Source of the DNA: Phyllosticta citribraziliensis | Taxonomy: Eukaryota | Reading direction: 5' to 3' | Length of the DNA: 64,000 bases | NCBI RefSeq assembly: GCF_038025025.1 | Contig: NW_027117344.1 | Location: forward strand, 434,001-498,000 | Shown: positions 27,376-38,378 of the stretch, in pieces | How positions within the stretch are numbered: position 1 is the stretch's first letter | Layout of the letters: each line of letters begins with the position of its first letter | Notes under the pieces: generated by a model | Seen by the model: the letters and a program-made list of their open reading frames with translations, nothing else | Database searches by the model: none | Told to the model about the DNA's origin: nothing | Translations under genes and position numbers: made by a program

Positions 27376-30300
27376 ATGGCCAGGCCTAACACACGCTCAC
27401 CTACGCCCGCAGGAAGTTCATACTCCAAGCGAAGTCGCCGCGATGACTATTACTCGGGGGACCGCAGTAGGAGCGACAGATATCGTCGCGAGCGCTCGCG
27501 CAGTCCCAATGTACGTCGATAACTCTCAGCCAAAATCGAAATTTACTAACGTATGCCTGGTGTAGTACCGCTACCGCGACGATCGTGACCGCCGCAGAGA
27601 CAGATCCGTAGAGCGTCGCCACGACCGACGCGACGACAACACCTACAGACCCTCGCGCAGACGTTCCAAGGAGCGCTCCCCCGTCCGTGACAGCCGAGAC
27701 CGAGACTACCGCAGGCGGGACGGCTCCCGCGACTTTGAGCACCGTAGGCGAGATGACTCCCGCGATCGTGATTCCACCAGGAGAAGGCGTGAAGATTCGA
27801 CTGACTCAAGGCGCAACGCCAGGAGGGATCGTTCGCCAGCCAAAGCCCGAGACACCGGCAAGTCATCCGAGGTGAGTTCTATCCATCGGTTGTTGAGAAG
27901 GATGGCCAATGACTTTGATTCCCAGGTATCGACTCCCGCTCCATCGAACCAGACGGAAGAGGCAAAGCAGGCCGAGCGACGTGCGAAGCTAGAGCAATGG
28001 AAGGCCAAATTCTCAGCTAAGCAAAAAGAACAGCAGGAGAAACAGGGCTCTGCAGGAACTCGCGAGATCCTCGACGCCATAGACAAGAAGAGCACTACTG
28101 CATCGCCAGCAGCGGAGTCTCCAAAGTCTCCGGCTCCAGCTGCGGCTGCAGAGGCGGCGAAGGCTTTTGCTGGCAAGTTTGACCCCAAAGCCATCGCAAC
28201 CAAGGCTATTGCGAAAAAAGCAGCCGCACCCAGTTCTAATGGCGCTGGGGCGTTGGGTGGAGACATTGCTGTTCCAGTCAATGCGGCCGCTGTCAAGACG
28301 CCCTCTGTCGCTCCTCCGGCTAAAAAGTCGAACGGCAAGCTGAAAGCCTCGGGCGGCAACGTCAGCGGTTTTGGATTCGGTTCCAAGCCCGCCCCTGATA
28401 CCGAAAAGTCTGGCACGAAACGGGCGCTCGACTTTGAAGAGGAAGAATCTACTCGCAAAAAGCTGGAGAAGTTGCCGACACCACCGCTCGAGGAAACGGC
28501 CGCTCAAAACGACGCTCCCGCCCCTGATGACGAAGCCGAAGACGATAACGACGTCGACATGGCTGATGGCGACACTGAGGAGGAGGTGGCGGCCGCTGCC
28601 CGTGTTGCTGCGGAAAGACGCGAGGAACGCTTGCAACATGAGGACCAACAAGAGACAGTCGCCAACGGAGACGTAGCGATGGAAGACACGGAACAGAACG
28701 CCCAAGAACAGCCTGAGGAAGAAGACTTGGATCCTCTGGATGCCTTCATGTCTGATCTGCAGTCCAGTGAAGTCAAGAGGCAGTCGAGACCCGCCAAGGG
28801 CAAGAATGAGAAGAGAGAACCTATTGCTCTGTACGGGGAGGACGACCTTCAAGAAACTCCCAAGGATCTTGACGCTGAGGATCTTCTCGCCATTTCGAAA
28901 CAGAAAAAGGCTAGAGGCACCTTGCCTACAGTGGACCACAGTACCATGAACTACCAACCAGTGAGGTTTGCCTTTTACACCGAGCCTCTGGAGCTTGCTG
29001 AGCTGGATGAGGATGCAACTGCCGCCTTGCGCTTCGAGCTCGATGGAATTACTGCAAAGGGCCGTAATATTCCAAAGCCTGTGCGCGAGTTTGCCCAGTG
29101 CGGATTGCCGTTGAAGATTTTGGATGTGATTAGGCGACTTGGCTTCGAGAAGCCGACACCAATCCAGGCCCAAGCGATTCCCGCCATCATGAGTGGCCGC
29201 GATGTTGTAGGAGTTGCCAAGACAGGTTCCGGAAAAACGCTCTCTTTCCTGCTGCCCATGCTTAGACACATTCTGGACCAGGATCCTTTAGGCACACTCG
29301 ACGGCCCCATAGGACTGATTCTCGCCCCTACACGTGAGCTTGCAACTCAGATTTTCAAAGAGGCCAAGCCATTTGTAAAAGCACTGAACCTCCGCGCTGC
29401 TGTGTGTGGCGGTGGTGCGCCTATCAAGGACCAGATTGCAGAACTCAAAAAGGGCGCTGAGATAATGGTTGCGACCCCAGGCCGCCTCATTGAATTGCTG
29501 ACTTCCAACAACGGCCGAGTCACGAATCTCGCCCGAATCACCTATGTCGTGCTTGACGAGGCTGACAGAATGTTTGACATGGGTTTCTCCCCCCAGATCC
29601 AAAAGGTCATGTCGAACATTCGACCAAAACGGCAGACTGTCCTTTTCAGCGCCACCTTCCCGCCCAAGCTGCAGAACAGTGCCGAGCAGCAACTCAATGA
29701 TCCTGTCACTATCCTCGTCGGTGGAAGAGCAAATGTGCCCCCGGAGGTTACGCAGGTCATTGAGATTGTCGAGGACGACAAGAAGTTCAGTCGCCTGTTG
29801 GGTATTCTTGGCGAACAATACGAGAATGACGAGGATTCACGGTATGTCTCATTCCTGAAGCGCCTTGTACAATGCTAACTTTCCACCTCAGGACTCTCAT
29901 CTTCGTCGAGCGTCAAAACACGGCCGAAAATCTACTTTCAAAGCTGTTGAAAAAGATGTATCCCTGCAACAGCATCCACGGCGCCAAGGACCAGCAAGAC
30001 CGAGACTCTGCTCTTTCCGACTTCAAGAGTGGCGCGAACCCAATCCTGATTGCTACTAGCGTTGCTGCTCGTGGGCTGGATGTGAAGCAGCTCAAGCTCG
30101 TCATCAATTTCGACGTGCCAAACCATCTTGAAGACTACGTCCATCGCGCCGGACGAACTGGGCGTGCAGGAAACAAGGGTACTGCCATCACCTTCATCGA
30201 CCCTAGGGAGGGCGCCCAGGCCAAGGAAGTCGTAAAAGCTCTCAAAATGTCGGGGCAACCAGTTCCTGCGGAGCTCGAGGAAGTGGCGAAGACGGGCGCA

Positions 30301-31002
30301 CGCTTCAAAGCCAACCACGGCTTCAAGGGCGTGGGACTCGAGAACCTGGATCGCCTCCGTGACAGCGAACGCAAGGCACAACGAAAACAATTCAGCGTCG
30401 GTGATGACGAGGAAGAGGAGGAGGAAGAGGAAGAAGTTGTGGCTCCCAAGATTGTCAAGAACACAAACACTGAATTCAAGCCCACCGAGCCTCTCAAGGG
30501 CGTCCCGAAGGGTGTCGATCTGGATGGTCCCATCGTCGTGCACAAGACAGAAGTTCCAGTATCTGGAGGAGGCAAGTCCAACGATCCCATGGAGCGTGTC
30601 CGCGCCGCAGCCAGCAAAGTCGACAACCGGCTCACCCAGCGCAACCAATTGCGACCCGGGCAACCCATCGACAACAAGGGACCAGACGCGGGCGCATTCC
30701 ACGCCACGCTCGAAATCAACGACTTTCCTCAAAAGGCTCGTTGGGCCGTCACGAACCGCACCAACGTGGCCAAGATTCTGGAAGCTACTGGCACGTCAAT
30801 CACGACCAAGGGCAACTTCTATGCTCCTGGCAAGGATCCGGGCGAGGGCGAACAGCCCAAGCTATATATTCTGGTTGAGGGCGACACCGAGGTGGTGGTG
30901 CAGACGGCAATGAGGGAGCTGATGCGCTTGCTCAAGGAAGGCACGTTGGCTGCTGAGCAAGCAGAGACAAGGGCTCCTACGGGCAAGTACAGCGTGGTTT
31001 AA
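27376..31002 (+). CDS. PRP5: Pre-mRNA-processing DEAD-box RNA helicase Prp5 (DDX46), 4 exons, ~1155 aa
   Basis: Exons 27376-27510, 27566-27871, 27926-29841, 29892-31002. RS/RD-rich N-terminus, DPLDAFM motif, [31 protein letters not shown], and the KH-like C-terminus [16 protein letters not shown]. Confidence 0.95.
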
Positions 31003-31619
31003 GTCATTGGGACAGTGGGTAGAGCTGCACCGTCTACCAAGGGCTGTTGGTGCTTCATTTCTTAGAACCCACGCTATGGTTTGGCGGACCGGTAGAAGTG
31101 CCCACGCACTCCAGAAATACAGACACGAAGACTTCATGTCTAGTGCTTTTGGCTCAAGGTTGCTACCAAATTTTAGTCTCATCCAGACCATCGGTGTCTG
31201 TTTGCATAAGGGCCGCAATTTTGCCTGTTGCCTCCTAACCTTCCAAAAGTCTTGCGTCTCGTTGGTTGAGTTGCATCGGTCTTCGCCAAGGGCTTTAAGA
31301 ATGAGGCGAGCTCGCAGGACGTTCGCCATGCTTTTTCCGGCTGCATGAACAGAGCTCGTGCCTGTCAGCAAAGCTGCGAACGTCATATTATACAGGGATG
31401 ACAGCTGGTCCCGCGACGCGTAGTAGATTGACTACATGGATATACAACTCAAATGGAGAGTTTAATGTCGCGTGCAACTTCGCGCGGCATGTGACCCAAC
31501 CAGACCTTAAATAAACGCCAATATGAGAAACGGGTATCCAGCTTCAATTGTTCCTCCCAAATCCAACATGTTGAACAACCAAAGTGTCTTTTTGATTGTC
31601 TGTCCTTGAGACTTTGGAC

Positions 31620-32073
31620 TCAATTCCATGCCCGAGCATCGGCCATGGCGTCGGCATCTCGCTGTCTCCGCTCAGTGTAGCTCGCCTCCTCAAGCGTCGC
31701 GCGGTTTGTCTGTCTCTGTACCTTGGGCACCTTTGAGTTCGCAGCAGCAACTCGAGCCTGAAGGTGTGTCAGAAAATCGATCCAAAGCTCTCCAGACTCA
31801 CGCCTGGATCTGCAGCCTGGCCGAAGCTGCGGTACTACGCACCTCGGCAGCTTTTGCGGCGGCGCTCCGCGGGTCGTTTGCATCTGCGGCGCCCGCGGTC
31901 CCCAGCGTGCGGCCTTGTCCCTGTGTCGCCGGCTTGCTCTGTGTTGCGCCGTAGTTGTGCGGTCGAGCCGGGGGCAGCGTAGTGGCGTCTGAGCGGGCGG
32001 TGGGCGGCGCGGAGCCCAGAGTGCGGCCAGGGCCTGCGAAGTTGGGCGACTCCTTGCCGCAGCAGTTTCCCAT
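31620..32073 (-). CDS. Small lipid-anchored SVIP-like protein with Cdc48/p97-binding motifs, 2 exons, ~122 aa
   Basis: Exons 32073-31843 and 31757-31620 (intron GTGCGT...CTGAC...TTCAG). MGNCCG N-terminus (myristoylation/palmitoylation type), SHP-box-like FAGPGRTLG and QGQGRTLG, and a VIM-like RSAAAKAAEAR across the splice junction. Confidence 0.8.
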
Positions 32074-32529
32074 GATGGATGCGATGTGGTGGTGGACAGG
32101 GAGCGTTGTTGCGCGCGCCTGGACAAGGCGTGGACGTTGAGGTTATGACGATGGGCGAGTCAGCTACCTATACTGGACCGTGGGCTGGGCTGAGCAGCCA
32201 ATGGGGTGCTTAGTAAAAATCGGCCACGGATTCGCTGCGATGCGGTGCGGTGCGGTGCGCAGCCTTGCACCTCTCTCCCGACCTCCCACCACGACACGAC
32301 GACTCGCAGCCCTCGCGCTCGTTACCGTTGAATCTCGAGGCCGTCTGCAGGCTCGCGCTCCGTGACGATGATCAGGTAGTGCAGCTGCCCCGCTGTAAAA
32401 CCTGGTACCACACACGGCTCTGAGGTCAGTGACTCGGACTTTCGACACCTTGATGGCCAGCGTCTCCAGACTTCTCCCCCAACATCAACCCGCCCATTTG
32501 CCGTCGACACGACCCAGAACACAGCTGAC

Positions 32530-34643
32530 ATGGCCCAAGAACCGAAGCTCCTGCCCTTTATGATGACACCGCACTTTGCCATGCGGTCGCCGTCGCCGCA
32601 GCTGGCCGGCTCCAAGCGCGACTCTTCGGGCGAAATTCTGGGCGCCACCACCTGGAAGAAGCACATGGTGGAAAATTTCGGGTGCCAGATCGAGACGGCC
32701 GAGTGCCAGAACCCCATCTGCGTCAACCCCCAACACCTGCTGGTCAACAGCAACCTCCACAACGACCTCCATCGTCACTCGGCCTGCGTCCCGCCTTCTG
32801 CGACTTCTGCCGGCCACGTCCAGAGTTGCAAACGCCCCTCTGCCGCCTCCGTTTCCGACATTTGCACCGAGAAGGCCTGCTTATCAGGCGACCCCGAGAC
32901 CGACGCCAATTACTTTTGCGATGGCATCTTCCTAGACTCATGCTCGACTTCTCCAACCTGCACCGGCGACGAAGCCTGCACAATACCAGACTCGTGTTGT
33001 GTCGACCCAGACTGCGACTTGACAGATGTGTGCTGGGACAACCTCTGCACAGACGTCGACTGCGATCAGGCTCCCTGTCCAGATGGCCTCTGCCTGGTTG
33101 ACGAGGTCTGTTTTAAGGAGCCTTGCCCCCGGGCAAGCGCACCTGACCAAGCGTCGTGTGTGGCGCTGGAGGACCAACTTCGCCAGAGTTTGTGTAGTGC
33201 GCACGCTCACCCTCCTCATCTCATCCCCGGCGCCCATGGCGAACCAGCTCTGGCTTGTTCAGGGGCACACGGTCACTTTGGCCACGGCTCTCTCCACTAC
33301 CATGGCTGGATGTCCGCCGACGCTTCAATGTCCCATCAGCAAGCGCACTGCCTGAACAACGATGGGTCTTACGGCTGCCATGTACCTCACTTCCATATCA
33401 ATGGCAACTCGCACGCGCCAGCCTGCTACATGCCGACAAATATGAATGGGCAGCTATACATGGCGACATCGGCTTTGGAGCAGCTTAGCCAGTCGGCTCG
33501 TCACATGGCAAACAACCAAAATTCGAATAGAATCTTTGAGTGGCAGGCGGCTACTTCTCAATATGATTCTACACCGACTCTCGAGGGCAGCTTCTCAGGA
33601 AGCTCTTTGTCGTCTCCAGTGTCCAGTTTTCCTACGCACGGCAATTCCGATTTTTCTTTCAAGCACGCGGTCGATTCGGCACAGGGGACATTTATGAGAC
33701 CATCAAGTCCCTTAGGTCCGCCGGCGAAGAGATTCCACGATGATCTTTCTTATTCGCGATTCAACTTTGATACCCTGCCTTGTTCAACCAGAAATGATTT
33801 CGGCGTCGCTCGGTCGGTCGAGACTGCGGAGCATACGTGTTTGTGGACGATTCCTGTTAAGAGCGAGGACCAAATGCCAGTGCTTTGCAATAAAAAGTTT
33901 CGTTCGGCAAAAGATTTGGCAGACCACATGAAAGAAGAGCACACGGAGGGGATTGAAGGCAAGTATTGCTGCCAATGGCAAGGGTGCCCATCCAGCACCG
34001 ATTTTAAGCAGTCTGGCAAACTTGCTCGGCACTTTGCGATTCACTCTAAATGTAAGCCATTGCAAACAATTCGCACCGAGGGTTGACTGACAGTCATCTA
34101 GACAAGAGATTCCAATGCAAGTTTTGCGACAAGAGCTTCAACACGGCGCAAACTCTTGAAAACCACCACAATACACACACTGGTGAGCGTCCGCATATTT
34201 GTCATTATGAAGGATGTACGTATGCAGCAGCGACGGCGACGCAGCTCAAGGGGCACATCCAAGGCACCCACTTGAAGGAGAAGCGATTTCAGTGCAAGCT
34301 CTGCGACTTTTGCTGTACCGATTCATCCAATCTTACCAAGCATGAAAATGGAGTTCATGGGCGCAAAGAATACCGATGTCCCCACGCTGGATGCGATCAC
34401 CCCGTGACGGACGAGTGGAGTCAGATTAGGAAGCATTTCAAGGAGAGCGGGCATTGCCCCGAGCTGCTCGAAAGCAACTCGCAGGCGCAGAAGAGATACA
34501 AAAAGGCGGCGGTCGTCAAAGACCAGGCGACGGTAATGGCGAATGGGCGGCGAGCACCGATATCGAGGAATAGAACGAGGCGCAGTGAGACGGTGGAGCG
34601 CAAGGGGGAGAGTGAGTCTTCGATGGAACCAGTCTTTTGCTAG
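32530..34643 (+). CDS. C2H2 zinc-finger transcription factor with Cys/Asp-rich and His-rich N-terminal regions (Zap1/ZafA-like architecture), 2 exons, ~687 aa
   Basis: Exons 32530-34051 and 34102-34643 (intron GTAAGC...CTGAC...TAG). About six fingers, including a CxW tandem pair (CLW...CNKKF...HMKEEH; CQWQGC...HFAIH) and a HTGERP linker. The start codon is the first in-frame ATG and is less certain. Confidence 0.85.
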
Positions 34644-35142
34644 AACGTCAAGCTTGCAGGATCTGACATGGGCTGCACAAATATCAACATTGTTTTACTT
34701 TATTCTAAAGGGTCTGACCAAGTGAGGTAATGCTACAGGGGGCGGCAGGGGCCCTGGAGAAGGGAACCTACCTAACGGACGGGATTGCCGCGGGTCCGGG
34801 TGTTCAGCTCTCACGTGATCGGACCGACTGCGCCAGCGCCCAGCCTTCGCTTGAGTTGCACCACCAAAGCCGCCCCGCTATCACCGTTCTACGCCAGTAT
34901 CTGCCTCCCCAACCCTGCCTCAGACTCGCTCGCCATCTTCGACGTCCTGTGACGCCCATCGCCTGAACCTGCATCGATTGATGGCAACTGCCTCATGACG
35001 CGCTCCGTTCCGCACGCTCGCTGAGCCCTACCGCAGACACCTCGTCAGGCACTTGCCAGGCCTTTCGCTCCTCCAGCCCTACACGTAAACACACAACATC
35101 TCGTCTCCCGGCTCGGCTTGCACGCCCCCCACACCCACCGCC

Positions 35143-36345
35143 ATGTCGTCGTCCTCGCAGGTCGCCGAGTCATGGATCTCGTCCTTTTGCAACCTCCTCG
35201 GCCACGAGTACTTCGCCGAGGTATCGGAGGACTTTATCGAGGATGACTTCAACCTCACCGGCCTCCAGTCCCAGGTACCCATGTACAAGGAGGCCCTCGA
35301 AATGATTCTCGACGTGGAGCCCGAAGAGGATGACGAAGACGAAGAAGAGGAAGATGAAGACGAGGACGAGGACGAGATACTCGGCGACGAGAGGCCGCCT
35401 GGATACCGACGCGCCGACCGGCGCCATCAGCGCATGGCCAGCGACCTCAGCGTGATAGAAAGCTCGGCAGAACTCCTCTACGGCCTCATCCACCAACGAT
35501 ACATTACGTCGCGACCGGGCATGCAGCAAATGGCCGAGAAATACGAGCTGCAACACTTTGGCGTGTGCCCACGCGTACACTGCAACAGCGCCAAAGTCCT
35601 GCCCGTCGGCTGCAGTGACACGCCCGGCCAAGAGACGGTCAAACTCTTCTGCCCTTCCTGCCTCGACGTCTACACGCCGCCCAACTCGCGCTTCCAAACC
35701 GTCGACGGCGCCTTCTTCGGCACCACCTTTGGCTGCCTGTTCTTCATGACTTTCCCCGAACTCGACATTGGCACCCCCCGCAGTCTCACTAATCCTTCCG
35801 CCGCCGCCGCCGCCGCCACTGCCGCTGCTGCTGCACGCGGCGAAGATCATTCCATTCAGGACTCATCGAGCCAGACTTCGACGTCCAAGTCCCGCGCCTC
35901 CAGTTCATCCACCACGACACCCTCGCTGCCGCCGCAGCCGGCCCTCATCAATGGCGTCACGCCCGCCAACTTGGCGCCTGGCCTCGGCGACGGCAACATC
36001 TACGAACCGCGCATCTACGGCTTCCGCGTCAACGAGCGCAGCCGCACCGGACCGCGCATGAGGTGGCTGCGGTCGCGGCCAGCCGACGTCAACGAGCTGG
36101 ACGAGGCGCGCATATTCCACGAGCAACGACGGATAGCAGACGAGGCAGAAGGACAAGAAGAGGAGGGCGAGGACAGCACCATGATGGACGCGGGAATGGA
36201 GGGGGGCGGCGCCGCGGTGGGCGTGCCGATTCCGCGCAAGAAGGCCGTCGCGAGGAGGAGACGGGCTGCAGCAGCGAACGGGACCGCCGTCGTTGGCGGA
36301 AGAGGCTCTCCGATGAACACGAACGGTGTGGGCGAGGGCGGCTGA
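35143..36345 (+). CDS. CKB1: Casein kinase II regulatory subunit beta (Ckb1 type), 400 aa
   Basis: SWISSFC..GHEYFAEVSEDFIEDDFNLTGL, extended acidic loop, AELLYGLIHQRYI, zinc ribbon CPRVHC...VKLFCPSCLDVY, DGAFFGTTF, YEPRIYGF. Confidence 0.95.
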   Translation: MSSSSQVAESWISSFCNLLGHEYFAEVSEDFIEDDFNLTGLQSQVPMYKEALEMILDVEPEEDDEDEEEEDEDEDEDEILGDERPPGYRRADRRHQRMASDLSVIESSAELLYGLIHQRYITSRPGMQQMAEKYELQHFGVCPRVHCNSAKVLPVGCSDTPGQETVKLFCPSCLDVYTPPNSRFQTVDGAFFGTTFGCLFFMTFPELDIGTPRSLTNPSAAAAAATAAAAARGEDHSIQDSSSQTSTSKSRASSSSTTTPSLPPQPALINGVTPANLAPGLGDGNIYEPRIYGFRVNERSRTGPRMRWLRSRPADVNELDEARIFHEQRRIADEAEGQEEEGEDSTMMDAGMEGGGAAVGVPIPRKKAVARRRRAAAANGTAVVGGRGSPMNTNGVGEGG

Positions 36346-37539
36346 TTGACTCGACGTTTCGGAATCGCAACTTGCCATTGGCTTTGAGGGGCGTTTTTTT
36401 CTCCTCCCTTTTATCTAGTAGAGATGGACATGGGCTGCCTAGTGGAGTAAGAAGAAGAAGCAGACCTCTCTCTCTCTCTCTCTCCCTCTCTTCTTTGCAG
36501 CCGATTATTGGAGCGAAGGCAGGCTTGTTGGGTGGGTGGGGTTGACAAATTTGCTCGGAAATGGGATTGCTGCCGCCCTTTTTTCTTCTACCTGTACCTT
36601 GGCAGCGGCTGGTTCTACGTAGAAGAAGCGTGGTCGGACCACACAGAGCAGGCGGGGAAAGGGAAGGGAGGGAGGGAGCGGGCTGGCTGGCATGTTGAGC
36701 AATTGAACTGAAAGGAAAGAGCACGGCGGAAAGAAATAGCAAAGGGACGGGAGAGGGCTTCACGCACGGGTCTACGGGCTATGAATCAGCAGATGGACGC
36801 GACGGACGGACCGATGGATGGATGGATGGTTGGTTGGTTGGACTACTATCCGATGATGACTTTTTTCTCTTCTCTTCCTCTTGAGCCTCTCGATTCTCGT
36901 TTTTTCCCCTGGCTCCTCTCTTGATCTGATCCGGTAATGTTGACTTGGCTTGACTTGACTTGACTGCAGTGGTTAGTTACCTCCAGGCCCCCGTCGTCTC
37001 TTCTCTCATCTCATGTCTCCCTGCTTTCCTTCATTCTCGTTGGCACACTGCTCTCTCTCCCTCCCTTCCTCCCTGGCATGTGCCCTCTCTGTCTCTCCAG
37101 CCCATCTCTCTCCACCGGCCAAGCAATGGATCGCCCAGAGAGGAAGAAAGAGTTTCGGCAATGTGCGACGGTGCTGTTTTGCAGCCGTTACTCTCGGAGA
37201 AGATGCTTGCTATGACTAATGTAGCCCACTCAGACTGTCCGTATTAGACGGTAGAGCAGAGATGATGATGGACGGCTGAGGTACTCTGAGCCACATCGAT
37301 AACGTGGAGAAAGAGAGGCGACGATAGAGAGTGCCTGAGGCAGCCCGTATCAGTGAAGAGGTCGACGAGGAAGAGGAGGATAGCAGATCAGAGAGCAAAG
37401 CAGCGTACCTAGAGAGCAGACAGTCCAGGCAGCCAGCCAGCCAGACGGTACAGTGCCCTCCCCCCACCTTACCTTATCCTCCCTTCGCACGCACGCCCGC
37501 ACCCATCCATATAAGCCAAAAACGCGACATCCAAATCAC

Positions 37540-37714
37540 GGATCATCCAGAGTGGCAGAGTGGTAGTAGTCGTTGATTAGGGCCTGCCGTGAGGCAGACT
37601 ACTCCGGGCGCCGGCACCTTACAGAAAGGGCCCCTGTAAGGTGCTCGGGTTCACGCCCGGCACTGTAATAGGCCGTTGTTCGACTCCCGGTTGCTGCGCT
37701 GGGTGGTCCATTTT
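37540..37714 (+). ncRNA. Putative RNA polymerase III-transcribed structured ncRNA, copy 1 (~175 nt, family unidentified)
   Basis: TATAA 37510-37514, A box TGGCAGAGTGG 37553-37563, B box GTTCGACTCC 37678-37687, T-runs 37711-37730. Terminal stem GGATCATCCAG/CTGGGTGGTCC, AGTAGTC/GACTACT helix, CTGCC-GTGA-GGCAG hairpin, and a long hairpin CCGGGCG..GCACCTTACAG/CTGTAAGGTGC..CGCCCGG. Ends are inferred. Confidence 0.7.
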
Positions 37715-38187
37715 CTTTTTGCTCTTTTTTCGCTTTGGGGTTTGTTTGTTTTGCTTCGCGGGCGGGTGTGGGTTGGTGGTGGGAGGGAAGGAGGGAAGGC
37801 GGATAGAAACGCCATGCTCGCCGCTCGGATATCTGGAGTCTGCAAGACCTGCAGGGAGGCGGCCACAGCATACATATAGCAGAAGCACCCGCCCGTACGT
37901 ACTCAGATCTTCTTTTTGCCCCAGAAGCAAGTCATTCACAGTGAGGAGCACCGGCACCCGGCGCAATGCGCCTCAGTCAGCAATGCCTACCTACCTCAAC
38001 ACTCCACCCAAACCGCCAGAAGAGAGACACCTTGTCGAGGCTCCACGCATCACACTCATATGACAGACGGTCTACTGAAGCGTGGCATTACCAACGAGTA
38101 AACAATTAAACGAAGAAAGCAAGTGCAGTCCACCCGGCACCAACCACCCACATATATAACCCACAACCCCCGTCTCGCACCCAAACA

Positions 38188-38378
38188 ACCAGTCAGAGTA
38201 GCCGAGTGGTCGCAGTCGAAACCTCCAAGGACCAGCCGTGAGGCAGACTACTTCAAGACGCGACATTACCGCATTCGTGCGCGTGGTGATGGCCTGGCAG
38301 CCATTGCTGTCACGTCCTTCCTTGAACTGTCGTAAGGTCGTTGTTCGACTCCCGCTTGGTGTGGTCGCTCTCTTTTTT
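38188..38378 (+). ncRNA. Putative RNA polymerase III-transcribed structured ncRNA, copy 2 (~190 nt, paralog of copy 1)
   Basis: TATATAA 38153-38159, A box TAGCCGAGTGG 38199-38209, B box GTTCGACTCC 38343-38352, T6 38373-38378. Identical to copy 1 over GCCGTGAGGCAGACTACT (38235-38252) and CGTTGTTCGACTCCCG (38339-38354). Closing stem AGAGTAGCC/GGTCGCTCT; variable arm closed by TTCAAG/CTTGAA. Confidence 0.7.

Noticed and set aside
28013..29269. 418-aa antisense ORF over PRP5 (also 29938-30732)
   Set aside because: Shadow ORF produced by the codon bias of the sense gene; no recognisable motifs.
37540..38378. The two A-box/B-box elements as intron-containing tRNA genes (Leu/Ser-like D-loop) or tRNA-Sec
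   Set aside because: The bases flanking TTCGACT (CGTTG / CCCGG or CCCGC) do not form a 5-bp T-stem, no D-stem or anticodon arm closes, and the terminal stem does not have acceptor-stem geometry.
37540..38378. The same elements as tRNA-derived SINEs
   Set aside because: The B box sits at the 3' end just before the terminator, not in a 5' head. No LINE-like tail or TSD is visible, and the copies are tandem with shared flanks. A genome-wide copy count is still needed.
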